Shown: positions 44,169-52,667 of the stretch, piece after piece | How positions within the stretch are numbered: position 1 is the stretch's first letter | Layout of the letters: each line of letters starts with the position of its first letter | Origin: an uncultured Candidatus Saccharibacteria bacterium | Lineage (GTDB): Bacteria > Patescibacteriota > Saccharimonadia > Saccharimonadales > Saccharimonadaceae | Assembly (NCBI GenBank): GCA_964383465.1 | Contig: CAYLGT010000005.1 | Span: 1 to 56,593, forward strand | Direction: 5' to 3' | Length of the DNA stretch: 56,593 nt | Notes under the pieces: model-generated | Database searches by the model: none | Seen by the model: the letters and a program-made list of their open reading frames with translations, nothing else | Told to the model about the DNA's origin: nothing | Translations under genes and position numbers: made by a program

Positions 44169-44639
44169 CTACGAGACAAGTCGTAGGTAGTGAGCGGAGA
44201 AGCCAGGGTGGTCTCGGTGAGTCTCGAGGAGCTGGCTCAGTGCCGGACCCATGTTGATGCGGAGCGCACTGAGCTCTGACTGAAGGAGCCGACTGGCGTG
44301 TGCGCCGAGACCGTTGACGATGAGCAGGCGAGCCACTTCGAGCACGCGACTCAGGTACCTACGGCGGTCGGGTTCACCCAGGAAGCCGCGGCTGGGGTGC
44401 ATGATCTCTTCGTACGCCAGCTGCAGCTCGGTACTTCCGAGAAAGTGTGGGTCGAACAGAAGCGGGGCGGCCATCATGAACAAGTTGTTGCGCTCGATCA
44501 TTTCCCCGCTGCGGTACAGGCGCATCTGGTCAGACAGTCTTCGGGCGTTCAGGACCTCGCCTCTTTCCAGCAGATTCAAGATCTGCATGGCCAGCTGCTG
44601 GGGAACCGATGCGGTGGTTACGTGATGCTTGACGGGCAT
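44169..44639 (-). CDS. Hypothetical helical protein, cassette paralog 3 (156 aa from ATG 44639; the ORF extends to GTG 44651)
   Basis: AGGTGA SD 8 nt before ATG 44639. Contains the AAPLLF core and HPGF. Confidence 0.65.
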   Translation of the reverse strand: MPVKHHVTTASVPQQLAMQILNLLERGEVLNARRLSDQMRLYRSGEMIERNNLFMMAAPLLFDPHFLGSTELQLAYEEIMHPSRGFLGEPDRRRYLSRVLEVARLLIVNGLGAHASRLLQSELSALRINMGPALSQLLETHRDHPGFSAHYLRLVS

Positions 44640-44687
44640 GGGCTTTATCACCTAACTATTTCTCAAGGGACGAACGATTGTATGTAT

Positions 44688-44696
44688 ATGATACCA
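44688..44696 (-). promoter_or_regulatory. Extended -10 TGGTATCAT for paralog 3
   Basis: Reverse complement of atgatacca. The leader motif AATCGTTCGTCCC lies downstream (plus 44671-79). Confidence 0.6.
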
Positions 44697-44757
44697 CAAT
44701 TGTTTAAAAAACTCAATGAGCGACAGAGGTAGCGACAGTGCTATACTAGAGGGAATT

Positions 44758-46179
44758 ATGAGTAAGGAAACAAAACTTGAAGACATAGTCTCACTCGCGA
44801 AACGACGCGGGTTTATCTACCAGGGTAGCGAAGTGTATGGTGGTTTGAGCGGTACATGGGATTACGGTCCACTTGGTGTGCAACTCAAACGAAACATCAT
44901 GAACCTGTGGTGGCGTATGTTCGTCGACGAACGCGACGACATGTATGGTGTTGACGCGGCGATCCTCATGAACCAGAAAGTTTGGCAGGCAAGCGGTCAC
45001 GTCGATACGTTTACCGACCCGCTTGTGGAGTGTTCGCACTGTCACGCACGACTTCGCGCTGACAAGCTAGACGATCCGAACAAATGTCCGACATGTGGGC
45101 AGACCGGAACGTTTGGTGAAGCTCGCCCCTTTAACATGATGTTCCAAACATTTATGGGTCCTAACTGGGCAGCGGTAGAAGACAGAACTGCTGACAAGCT
45201 GCGATTTTCTGCAGAGTTCATAGACAAAAATGGCGAGAAGATCGGCGAGGGCATAAAGCAGAGCGAAGAGTCTGAAGCAGATGCTATAGCCATCTACAAA
45301 CGCAATGCTGTTTCTTACCTTCGTCCAGAAACTGCCCAGGGTATCTTCACGAACTACAAAAACGTTGTCGATAGTTTTTACCCAGACCTACCGTTTGGTA
45401 TCGCGCAGCAGGGAAAGGCGTTTCGTAACGAGATCAGCCCGCGTGACTTCGTGTTTCGCAGCCGTGAGTTTGAGCAGATGGAGATCGAGTACTTCGTGCA
45501 TCCTGAAAAATGGCAGGAGTGTTTCGAGCACTGGGTAGAGCAGTGCAAGAAATGGTTTGAGTCACTTGGTCTGCCTGCCGACATGATTCACGAACTGGAA
45601 GTTCCAGAAAGTGATCGCGCACACTACAGTAAACGAACCATCGACTTCGAGTTCGACTTTCCTATAGGTCGCGAAGAGCTCATGGGCCTGGCGTACCGAA
45701 CCGACTTCGACCTCGGTAACATCCAGAACCATTCTGGTAAAAACATGGAGTACACCGTGAAAGGAACGAACGACCGTTTCGTCCCTCACGTCATAGAGCC
45801 AAGCTTTGGTGTCGAGCGTGCGCTGATGGCTGTGCTAACCGCAGCATACCGTGAAGACGAGCAAAACGGTGAAAAGCGTGTGTTCCTGGCGTTGCCAGAA
45901 CATCTCGCTCCTGTGAAATACGCCGTCTCGCCACTTCTGAAAAACAAGCCAGAGCTTGTCGAAAAAGCCCGCGAAGTCTACCAGAAACTTTCTGCCGAAA
46001 ATCCTGGTCGTGTCATGTGGGACGACAACGGCAACATAGGTAAACGTTACCGCCGCCAAGACGAGATCGGAACCCCACACTGTGTCGTCATCGACTTCCA
46101 GACTTTGGAGGATGGAACGGTGACTGTACGTGAACGCGACACAACCGATCAACGACGAGTTACGCCAGACAACATTTGA
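44758..46179 (+). CDS. glyQS: Glycyl-tRNA synthetase (homodimeric class II, GlyQS type)
   Basis: RRGFIYQGSEVYGGLSGTWDYGPLG, RPETAQG, FRNEISPR and the anticodon-binding C-terminus. TATACTAGA at 44742 lies 10 nt before the ATG. Confidence 0.95.
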   Translation: MSKETKLEDIVSLAKRRGFIYQGSEVYGGLSGTWDYGPLGVQLKRNIMNLWWRMFVDERDDMYGVDAAILMNQKVWQASGHVDTFTDPLVECSHCHARLRADKLDDPNKCPTCGQTGTFGEARPFNMMFQTFMGPNWAAVEDRTADKLRFSAEFIDKNGEKIGEGIKQSEESEADAIAIYKRNAVSYLRPETAQGIFTNYKNVVDSFYPDLPFGIAQQGKAFRNEISPRDFVFRSREFEQMEIEYFVHPEKWQECFEHWVEQCKKWFESLGLPADMIHELEVPESDRAHYSKRTIDFEFDFPIGREELMGLAYRTDFDLGNIQNHSGKNMEYTVKGTNDRFVPHVIEPSFGVERALMAVLTAAYREDEQNGEKRVFLALPEHLAPVKYAVSPLLKNKPELVEKAREVYQKLSAENPGRVMWDDNGNIGKRYRRQDEIGTPHCVVIDFQTLEDGTVTVRERDTTDQRRVTPDNI

Positions 46180-46212
46180 ACATAAATCGGGTGGGGGAAA
46201 GGGCCATAGGCC

Positions 46213-47013
46213 ATGTCAGTCAATTTCCCGGAACCTGGTGATGAGAGAGATATAAGTCCAGATGCTGCCGCAGCTGAGAATACTGAACATGACCCAAGAT
46301 TTGAGCCGCAACATTTCAGCTTGAATGACCTCGTATATCTCGCGGAAGTTGGAGAGCAGCCTCATAGGGAAGTCTTGCGACAGTTTGCTGCGTGCGTAGA
46401 TGATTTCCACGCCCACATAGCGACTGCGGTTGCGTCGGGCGTGATAGAAGATGCGTTAAAGTTTAGGGGCGATGTAGGTGCTGAAATGCTGCGCATCAGT
46501 CAGGCTTTATCCGAGGCTATTCGGACACTCCCTGAGCATGTCCATGAGGCCGGCCTACCTGACGAGCTCGCCATCACGGAACTTAGTAAGTTGATCCTTG
46601 CTACCGACAAGGAGCGGGTAGATCTGTTTTCTGCTCTTGCCCCAGAAGCTTCACATCAGTTTACACGAATGAACTTAGAGGGTGCGGTGCGTTTGCTGGG
46701 CGATATCTATGCTGCGTTTGAAGAATCTGGCGAGGATATGCCTACAGAAGTGGACTACAACGTTCGGGGGATCGATTTAGGCAATGAGATAGTGAGCATG
46801 ATGAACACGGACCTAATGATCTTTGGGAAGGCACTTATCGAGGAGACACAGCGTCGAACCATGTTGTCAGCGGCTGAAAAAATCCTTGCAGACGATGAAG
46901 AAGGTGCATCCACTTTGGCAAAGCGGATCGGTGGACACGCGCTGGATGTGGCGAAGATTGCCGCTGGAGTGACAATTGGCATGGTCCTAGGTAACAGGTT
47001 TAGGAAAAGATAG
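46213..47013 (+). CDS. Hypothetical acidic 266-aa protein with a C-terminal TM anchor
   Basis: ORF with a C-terminal hydrophobic segment ([11 protein letters not shown]) and an RFRKR tail. It lies between glyQS and the glyQS 3'-end copy. Confidence 0.6.
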   Translation: MSVNFPEPGDERDISPDAAAAENTEHDPRFEPQHFSLNDLVYLAEVGEQPHREVLRQFAACVDDFHAHIATAVASGVIEDALKFRGDVGAEMLRISQALSEAIRTLPEHVHEAGLPDELAITELSKLILATDKERVDLFSALAPEASHQFTRMNLEGAVRLLGDIYAAFEESGEDMPTEVDYNVRGIDLGNEIVSMMNTDLMIFGKALIEETQRRTMLSAAEKILADDEEGASTLAKRIGGHALDVAKIAAGVTIGMVLGNRFRKR

Positions 47014-47036
47014 TTGCCGAGGGGTATAATGCAACT

Positions 47037-47171
47037 ATGAACATCACCCGCCGCCAAGACGAGATCGGAACTACGCACTGTGTGGTCATCGACTTCCAGA
47101 CTTTGGAGGATGGGATCGTGACTGTGAGTGATTGGGATACGGCTAAACAAACTAGGCTGACTAAGGCGTAA
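47037..47171 (+). pseudogene. Diverged copy of the glyQS 3' end (44 codons, potentially expressed as a micro-ORF)
   Basis: 47048-47125 matches 46050-46127 with 7 mismatches in 78 nt. The encoded [27 protein letters not shown] compares with [33 protein letters not shown] 47025-30 lies 6 nt before ATG 47037. Confidence 0.8.
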
Positions 47172-47178
47172 CGGAAAG

Positions 47179-47832
47179 ATGTCGAGTGTGTCAACAAAAA
47201 AAGTAAAACAACCTAAAACATACTGCTTTATTGACGCATCTAATCTTTTTTACGGGGGTAAAAAGTCCTTAGGTTGGAGCGTTGATTATAAAAAACTCGC
47301 TGAGTACCTAAAGAAAAAGTATGGCGCTCGAAATCTATACTATTTCGGTGGCATTATGACAGATAATTTTCCACATGACTACTTGAGCAATGAGACTGTC
47401 GATTTACGAAAATTAGTTAGACATTTAAAAGCAAATAAGAGCAAGTATAGCCCGCGCAGCAAACGATCGCAACAGTTAGAAAAATATATTGCAAGAGCAA
47501 AGTTTTACAAGAAGTTACAGGATTTTGGCTACAAGCTCATTCTCAGGCCTGCAAAGGTGTATAAACAACCAGATGGCTCTAAGCGCATAAAGGCAAACTG
47601 TGATATCGAGATGGCAATGACAATCATCAAAGATATGAATAAATATGATCGTGCGTTAGTCCTGACTAGTGACGGGGACTTCTTGCCAGTATTAAAATTA
47701 GTTCGGCATGCCAAAAAAACTGTAACCGTTTTAGCTAGAGGTGTCCGCACGGCGAGGGAATTGAAGCAGTTCGCAGGATCTGATTTTCGTGATTTTGTGA
47801 CCATTCGTAAATATATCGAAAAAACAAAATGA
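47179..47832 (+). CDS. NYN-domain (LabA/DUF88-like, PIN-related) putative ribonuclease, AT-rich
   Basis: CFIDASNLFYGG ... NCDIEMAMTI ... LTSDGDFLPVL are the NYN acidic motifs. Confidence 0.85.
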   Translation: MSSVSTKKVKQPKTYCFIDASNLFYGGKKSLGWSVDYKKLAEYLKKKYGARNLYYFGGIMTDNFPHDYLSNETVDLRKLVRHLKANKSKYSPRSKRSQQLEKYIARAKFYKKLQDFGYKLILRPAKVYKQPDGSKRIKANCDIEMAMTIIKDMNKYDRALVLTSDGDFLPVLKLVRHAKKTVTVLARGVRTARELKQFAGSDFRDFVTIRKYIEKTK

Positions 47833-47855
47833 GCGGACATACGAAATATCCGCTC
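47831..47855 (+). terminator. Stem-loop overlapping the NYN stop codon (weak T-tract)
   Basis: gagcgga-catacgaaata-tccgctc. Confidence 0.4.
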
Positions 47856-47968
47856 TAAGTTTGGTACTTTGAATTGTATATAATTATGTTCTAATAGTCA
47901 ATACTTTTATCGTTGACACACTCAGGCTAATCTGTAAAAAAATGTAGTATATTAGTCAACGACTCTTT

Positions 47969-48006
47969 CAGGACACCGTTTTCTCCACCGAGAAAACGGT
48001 GTCCTG
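47969..48006. repeat. Perfect 17-bp inverted repeat (hairpin with a 4-nt loop) in an AT-rich intergenic region
   Basis: caggacaccgttttctc-cacc-gagaaaacggtgtcctg. Confidence 0.9.
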
Positions 48007-48079
48007 AGGTTATCATATTTTTTATAACATATCAAGCTAATAATCAATAGCATTTATTTATAGGGTAGGGTAGACAAGC

Positions 48080-48085
48080 TATAAT
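48080..48085 (+). promoter_or_regulatory. -10 box TATAAT 6 nt before ATG 48092; predicted leaderless
   Basis: agcTATAATcactatATG. Confidence 0.55.
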
Positions 48086-48091
48086 CACTAT

Positions 48092-49063
48092 ATGAGCAGC
48101 CATGATATCCAAAACAGGCTCACTGACAACAGCAACGTAAATGCCGCAGTCGAAGATGCGTTAAAAGACTTTGACCTTGGCAAAATCACTGACCAGACAG
48201 TTATAGCGGTTGGCTTCGAAGACTACAACGTACACCTAAAAACTGAGCAGGGTGAGTATGTGGCGAAAGTTTTTTCGAAAAATCGCACTGACGAGGAGAT
48301 ACGGCGAAATGTCGAGATACTACGTGCCGTAAATGATTCCGACGTACATCACCCTGAGATCATGAAGTTGCCGAGTGGAGATATATACTACGTGCACTCG
48401 TCGGGTCTCTCGATGGTCGTGATGCGCTATATACCAGGTAAGACGTACTACGAACTGCAGCGCTCGCCAACTGAAGCGGAGCTCGACTTGATCGCCATGG
48501 AGGCGTACAAAATCAATCGCCTCGGCATCCAGCCATTGCCACTGTTTGATTCATGGGCAATACCAAACTTTGAGTGGATGTACGAACAGACGAAAGACTT
48601 TATGAACGAGGAAGGACTCGGGCTGACTACTCAGGCTTTAGGGCACTTCCGGAGTCTACCACTCGAAACACTTCCAAAAACATTTGTGCACGGAGACATC
48701 ATAAAATCGAACACAATCCTTGGCGATGATGGCCGAGTCTATGTGATCGATTTTTCTGTAGCAAACATCTACCCGCGTGTTCAGGAACTTGCTGTGATGG
48801 CGGCCAACCTAATGGCAGATGGGGAAGCAGAAGGCGCAATGACGCTGCGCCAAAGAGTAGACGCAGTGGTCGCATCGTATTTACGCGCCGGGGGCGAGCT
48901 AACCAACGAAGAACTTCAGTGCGTATACGACTATGCGCTCGCCGGAGTGGCTATGGAATACATGGGTGGTATCTACGAAAGCTCTAGAGGGCAGGATGAA
49001 GCAGAAGTGCAGTACTGGCAAGGGCTAGGGCTGGCTGGGCTTAGGGAAGCGCTCGCGGCCTAA
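48092..49063 (+). CDS. APH/homoserine-kinase-II/choline-kinase-family small-molecule kinase
   Basis: FVHGDIIKSNTIL ... VYVIDFSVAN are the catalytic and Mg-binding motifs. Confidence 0.8.
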   Translation: MSSHDIQNRLTDNSNVNAAVEDALKDFDLGKITDQTVIAVGFEDYNVHLKTEQGEYVAKVFSKNRTDEEIRRNVEILRAVNDSDVHHPEIMKLPSGDIYYVHSSGLSMVVMRYIPGKTYYELQRSPTEAELDLIAMEAYKINRLGIQPLPLFDSWAIPNFEWMYEQTKDFMNEEGLGLTTQALGHFRSLPLETLPKTFVHGDIIKSNTILGDDGRVYVIDFSVANIYPRVQELAVMAANLMADGEAEGAMTLRQRVDAVVASYLRAGGELTNEELQCVYDYALAGVAMEYMGGIYESSRGQDEAEVQYWQGLGLAGLREALAA

Positions 49064-49488
49064 AGATAAAGTCCGATTCCGTCTGCGGTGACTTGTCTGG
49101 TGTCAAGTGCACGTGAAAGCATGGTACCGAAAGACTTTATCTCGTCGAATTCCGCGTCAGTCATAGGGTTGCTTGCCTCGTCCGGCTCAAAGATGCCGAA
49201 TTTCAGGGCTGCAATTTTGCCCATGCCCGTTAGGCACTGACGAATTTTCTCGGTAGCCTCTGCAAAGTCGACGTTGCGTATCTCGTTGGTAAGCGTTGAA
49301 GGACTTATGTTGTCCAAGTTCAGCGGTGTGGCTGCTATCTCAAGATCTGGACTCTGTTGAACCGTAAAGATTGCTTCGCTGACAGCGACGCTGTGCGAAA
49401 CGATGAGACCAGAGGGTCGTTTTTCTTCACGCATGTGGCGGATGATAGCGTTTGTATAACTGGTGTGGACTTCGTGTACATATGGCAT
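49060..49488 (-). CDS. Hypothetical 142-aa protein
   Basis: ORF 49060..49560 trimmed to ATG 49488, which lies 6 nt after TATAGT (plus 49495-500). Confidence 0.5.
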   Translation of the reverse strand: MPYVHEVHTSYTNAIIRHMREEKRPSGLIVSHSVAVSEAIFTVQQSPDLEIAATPLNLDNISPSTLTNEIRNVDFAEATEKIRQCLTGMGKIAALKFGIFEPDEASNPMTDAEFDEIKSFGTMLSRALDTRQVTADGIGLYL

Positions 49489-49559
49489 GGGCGTACTATA
49501 GCGCTGAGCTACAGGCACGGCAAGCATAAGGATTTTCAGAGGTAGTATAATTGTGAGCA

Positions 49560-49973
49560 ATGGAACAAGGAATTATACGAACTACAAAAGCGGATGGGTC
49601 TGAACAAGTGGACTATCTGTATCGGGTATCACTTCGCGCACTCATACGAAACGAAGAGGGAAAGGTCCTAGCCGTCAAAGAACATGGTGACATGTGGCAC
49701 TTGCCAGGAGGTGGACTTGATCACAGTGAAACTATAGATGAAGGGCTCGCTCGGGAGTTGCGAGAAGAAACAGGGTATACAGGAAAATTTACGAGTCGTT
49801 CTGAAGGCGTATACCTGTCGCGAGTCGAGAGACTGGGAAATCTGATGCAGGTCATCCTCGTGTTTGAAGTTGTGCCGGAGAGCTTTGATTTTCCTGGTGG
49901 TCCAGACTCAGCTGAGCTCGAGTTCGTCGATGAAAGTGAAGTGTTTGATTTGCAGCAGATAGATGAAAGATAA
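49560..49973 (+). CDS. NUDIX hydrolase
   Basis: Nudix box GGGLDHSETIDEGLARELREETGY. TATAAT 49546-51 lies 8 nt upstream. Confidence 0.88.
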   Translation: MEQGIIRTTKADGSEQVDYLYRVSLRALIRNEEGKVLAVKEHGDMWHLPGGGLDHSETIDEGLARELREETGYTGKFTSRSEGVYLSRVERLGNLMQVILVFEVVPESFDFPGGPDSAELEFVDESEVFDLQQIDER

Positions 49974-49982
49974 GGGGGAACA

Positions 49983-50966
49983 ATGCGTATTAAAATTACA
50001 GACCTTCGTGAGCAGATAGTAGGACTACTCAAAGCAAATCTCACAGATTCACAAGCGGCTGCTGTGGCTGATTATCTAGTCTGGGCAGAGATGACCAACA
50101 ACAAAACACAGGGAATAGTAAAAATGATTGGTACCGAGCCCATACAAAGTATCGTTCCTGAGGCTGAAATGAAGGTAGTAAAAGACACAAAGTTGTCTCA
50201 AATCATTGACGCTGGCAAAAACCCGGCTCCGCTAAGCGCGACAAGAGCAATGGACACGGCCATACAAAAGGCCAATGAACATGGTTTTGCAATCGTGGGA
50301 GTTCGCAACACGTTTTCGAGCAATGGTGCGCAGGCATACTATGTAGAAAAAATCGCCCGAGAAGGGCTTATCGGCATCATGATGAGCCGATCACCAGCTG
50401 CAGCGTCAGCTTTTGGCGGTATAGAGCCGGTCTTTGGTACAAACCCCATAGGGATAGCTTTTCCTACAAATGATGATCCTTTAGTGTTTGACGCTGCAAC
50501 TTCAGCTATGACATTTTATGGACTTGTACTCGCAAAAACACGTGGTGAACAAATTGCGGAAGGTGTTGCGCTGGACCGAGAGGGAAATGAAACGACTGAT
50601 CCGGCTGCGGTCATGGATGGCGGATCGATAAGACCATTCGATAAAGGCTATAAAGGTTCAGGATTCGCGATGTTGGTTGAGGTACTTGGAGGGCCGCTGC
50701 TCTCAGGTGCTTGGATCGACAATAAAACTTTTGACAAAGAGTGGGGTACAGTTGTGATGGTAATCGACCCAGATTTGATGGCAGGGCGAGAAGAATTTAA
50801 AGCAAATGTCAGTGACATGATTGCTCAACTGAAAAGTGCCAGGACTAAGTCAGGGGATACGGTGCGATTGCCAGGTGAAACATCAAAAGCTGCTTACCAC
50901 GCAGCACTTGATAGCGGGGAGCTAGACATAGACGATGCCGTTGCCAAAACTTTAGGGATCCACTAG
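49983..50966 (+). CDS. Ldh_2-family (malate/L-lactate/sulfolactate-type) NAD(P)H-dependent dehydrogenase
   Basis: GIMMSRSPAAASAFGGIEPVFGTNPIGIAFP and the overall length and pattern. Confidence 0.8.
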   Translation: MRIKITDLREQIVGLLKANLTDSQAAAVADYLVWAEMTNNKTQGIVKMIGTEPIQSIVPEAEMKVVKDTKLSQIIDAGKNPAPLSATRAMDTAIQKANEHGFAIVGVRNTFSSNGAQAYYVEKIAREGLIGIMMSRSPAAASAFGGIEPVFGTNPIGIAFPTNDDPLVFDAATSAMTFYGLVLAKTRGEQIAEGVALDREGNETTDPAAVMDGGSIRPFDKGYKGSGFAMLVEVLGGPLLSGAWIDNKTFDKEWGTVVMVIDPDLMAGREEFKANVSDMIAQLKSARTKSGDTVRLPGETSKAAYHAALDSGELDIDDAVAKTLGIH

Positions 50967-51296
50967 ATGGCCTACGACACAAAACTGGAGCAGAGGATCG
51001 ATGAATTCGTCGACAGTTGGGGACTTGAGATACCGAAGCGCAAGATGTTTGGTGGGCTAGGATACTTCATAAACCGCAACATGGCGTTTGGTGTAAAGAT
51101 GGACCAGTTGATCGCAAAGGCCGACAAGGCGACTACTGAAAAACTTCTAGACGAGCCGGGAGTGGGGTACTTCGAATTTGGCGGAAAGTATATGAAAAGC
51201 TGGCTCCAGGTCGAGGGGGAAGTGCTCGACGACGAGCATTTGGAACGCTACCTAGAAATCAGCCGCGACTATGTACTGACATTGCCGCCAAAATAA
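50967..51296 (+). CDS. TfoX N-terminal-domain protein
   Basis: RKMFGGLGYFINRNMAFGV motif in a 109-aa protein. Confidence 0.7.
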   Translation: MAYDTKLEQRIDEFVDSWGLEIPKRKMFGGLGYFINRNMAFGVKMDQLIAKADKATTEKLLDEPGVGYFEFGGKYMKSWLQVEGEVLDDEHLERYLEISRDYVLTLPPK

Positions 51297-51310
51297 GGGA
51301 TGATAGAAAC

Positions 51311-52309
51311 ATGAGAAGTATCGACTATAGCGCACTAGAGATGCCGCTGAGTGAGGCTGACATGGTGGCGTACAAACAACAGTATGGTGGCTCATGGCTC
51401 CCAACTTCACCGCGACCTGGCTGGACGCTACTGAGTGTCGCCGGCGCAGCAGTGCTAACAGCCATCGTCTACGCCAACACGTGGCTGATGGTGCTGTCGA
51501 TCGTGGTGGCGATGGCGGCGGGTGTCGCTGGAGTCGTCGCCCTCGTGTACCTCGATGTAACGCAGCGTCGTACACGAATGGCTCGGTTTGCCGCACAAAA
51601 CGGCGCAACGTTTGTAAAAGACCAGGAAAACCCAAGCCTGCCGGGACTGATTTTTGACGAAGGTAATGACAGAGTGCTGAGAGAAAGCATCACGTTTAGC
51701 GATGGAACCGTGCTCGGTGCACACGAATTTACCACTGGAAGTGGCAAAAACCGAACCGTGAATCGCTGGGGATTTGTGTCCGTAAAACTCTCAAGAAAAT
51801 TGCCAAACATGGTGCTCGACAGCGAAAAGAACAACTTTTTTGGGGTTATTTCTAACCTGCCAGATACATTTGCCAAAGACCAGAAGTTGTCGCTCGAAGG
51901 GGACTTCGACAAATACTTTTCGCTATATGCGCCACGGCAATATGAAACTGACGCACTCTACATCTTCACTCCGGACGTCATGCAGGCAGCCATAGACCAT
52001 GGTGGTGGCTATGACATGGAAGTTGTCGACGACACGTTTTACGTCTACATACAGATAGGTGCCGACTTGTCCAAGGCAGAAACCATAAAAAACTTGCTCG
52101 ACATAGTTAGTAAAGTTGGCACCGAGATAGAACATCAAGGTGACTACTACTCAGATGAACGAGTGGGCGACAGAAGCCTCAACATGGTCGCGGCACCAGG
52201 GCAGCGCCTGAGAGGAGGCTTCAGTTGGCTGATCGTGGTCCTCGTCGTGTTTTATGCGGTCGGCATGCTCATGCAGCTTTTGGGCGCGACAACGTTTATA
52301 CAACCATAA
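51311..52309 (+). CDS. Hypothetical membrane protein (2 N-terminal TM helices, a soluble domain, 1 C-terminal TM helix)
   Basis: 332-aa ORF. Hydrophobic segments at about aa 38-90 and 305-328. Confidence 0.6.
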   Translation: MRSIDYSALEMPLSEADMVAYKQQYGGSWLPTSPRPGWTLLSVAGAAVLTAIVYANTWLMVLSIVVAMAAGVAGVVALVYLDVTQRRTRMARFAAQNGATFVKDQENPSLPGLIFDEGNDRVLRESITFSDGTVLGAHEFTTGSGKNRTVNRWGFVSVKLSRKLPNMVLDSEKNNFFGVISNLPDTFAKDQKLSLEGDFDKYFSLYAPRQYETDALYIFTPDVMQAAIDHGGGYDMEVVDDTFYVYIQIGADLSKAETIKNLLDIVSKVGTEIEHQGDYYSDERVGDRSLNMVAAPGQRLRGGFSWLIVVLVVFYAVGMLMQLLGATTFIQP

Positions 52310-52319
52310 GGAGGAGCTT

Positions 52320-52622
52320 ATGAAGGCGATATGGAACAATCAAGTAGTGGCAGAAGCGGCAAATGACGATTTGATCCAGATAGAAGGTAACTGGTATTTT
52401 CCGCCGACCAGCCTGAAACGAGAGTTTTTCAAAGAATCTGACATACATACGACCTGCGTATGGAAGGGTGAAGCGAGCTACTACAACGTCGACGTGCAGG
52501 GCGTCGTGAGCGAAGGCGGTGCGTGGTACTACCCAGAGCCAAAAGCAGGTTCTGTAGAGCGCGTCGGCAAAGACTTCACGAACTACGTCGCGTTTTGGCG
52601 CGGTGTTGAAGTCGCTCAGTAA
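52320..52622 (+). CDS. DUF427-domain protein
   Basis: IEGNWYFPP ... TTCVWKGEASYYNV. AAGGAGG SD precedes ATG 52320. Confidence 0.8.
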   Translation: MKAIWNNQVVAEAANDDLIQIEGNWYFPPTSLKREFFKESDIHTTCVWKGEASYYNVDVQGVVSEGGAWYYPEPKAGSVERVGKDFTNYVAFWRGVEVAQ

Positions 52623-52655
52623 ACGTTTATGGTTTGAGTTTGGTGATAGCGGGCG

Positions 52656-52661
52656 TATACT
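52656..52661 (+). promoter_or_regulatory. -10 box TATACT 6 nt before ATG 52668; predicted leaderless
   Basis: gcgTATACTcttcgcATG. Confidence 0.5.
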
Positions 52662-52667
52662 CTTCGC

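Noticed and set aside
4506-44757. N-terminal extensions given by the ORF track for tsf (4506), frr (6128), greA (10603), the 463-aa orphan (11190), plsC (12726), serS (19904), hpf (21186), prfB (28210), the flippase-like gene (37527), 40378, glyQS (44716), DUF427 (52254) and the surface protein (53275).
   Set aside because: In each case an internal ATG is preceded by a good SD or by a -10 box at leaderless distance, and the protein homology begins there. The upstream codons overlap promoters, terminators or the previous gene.
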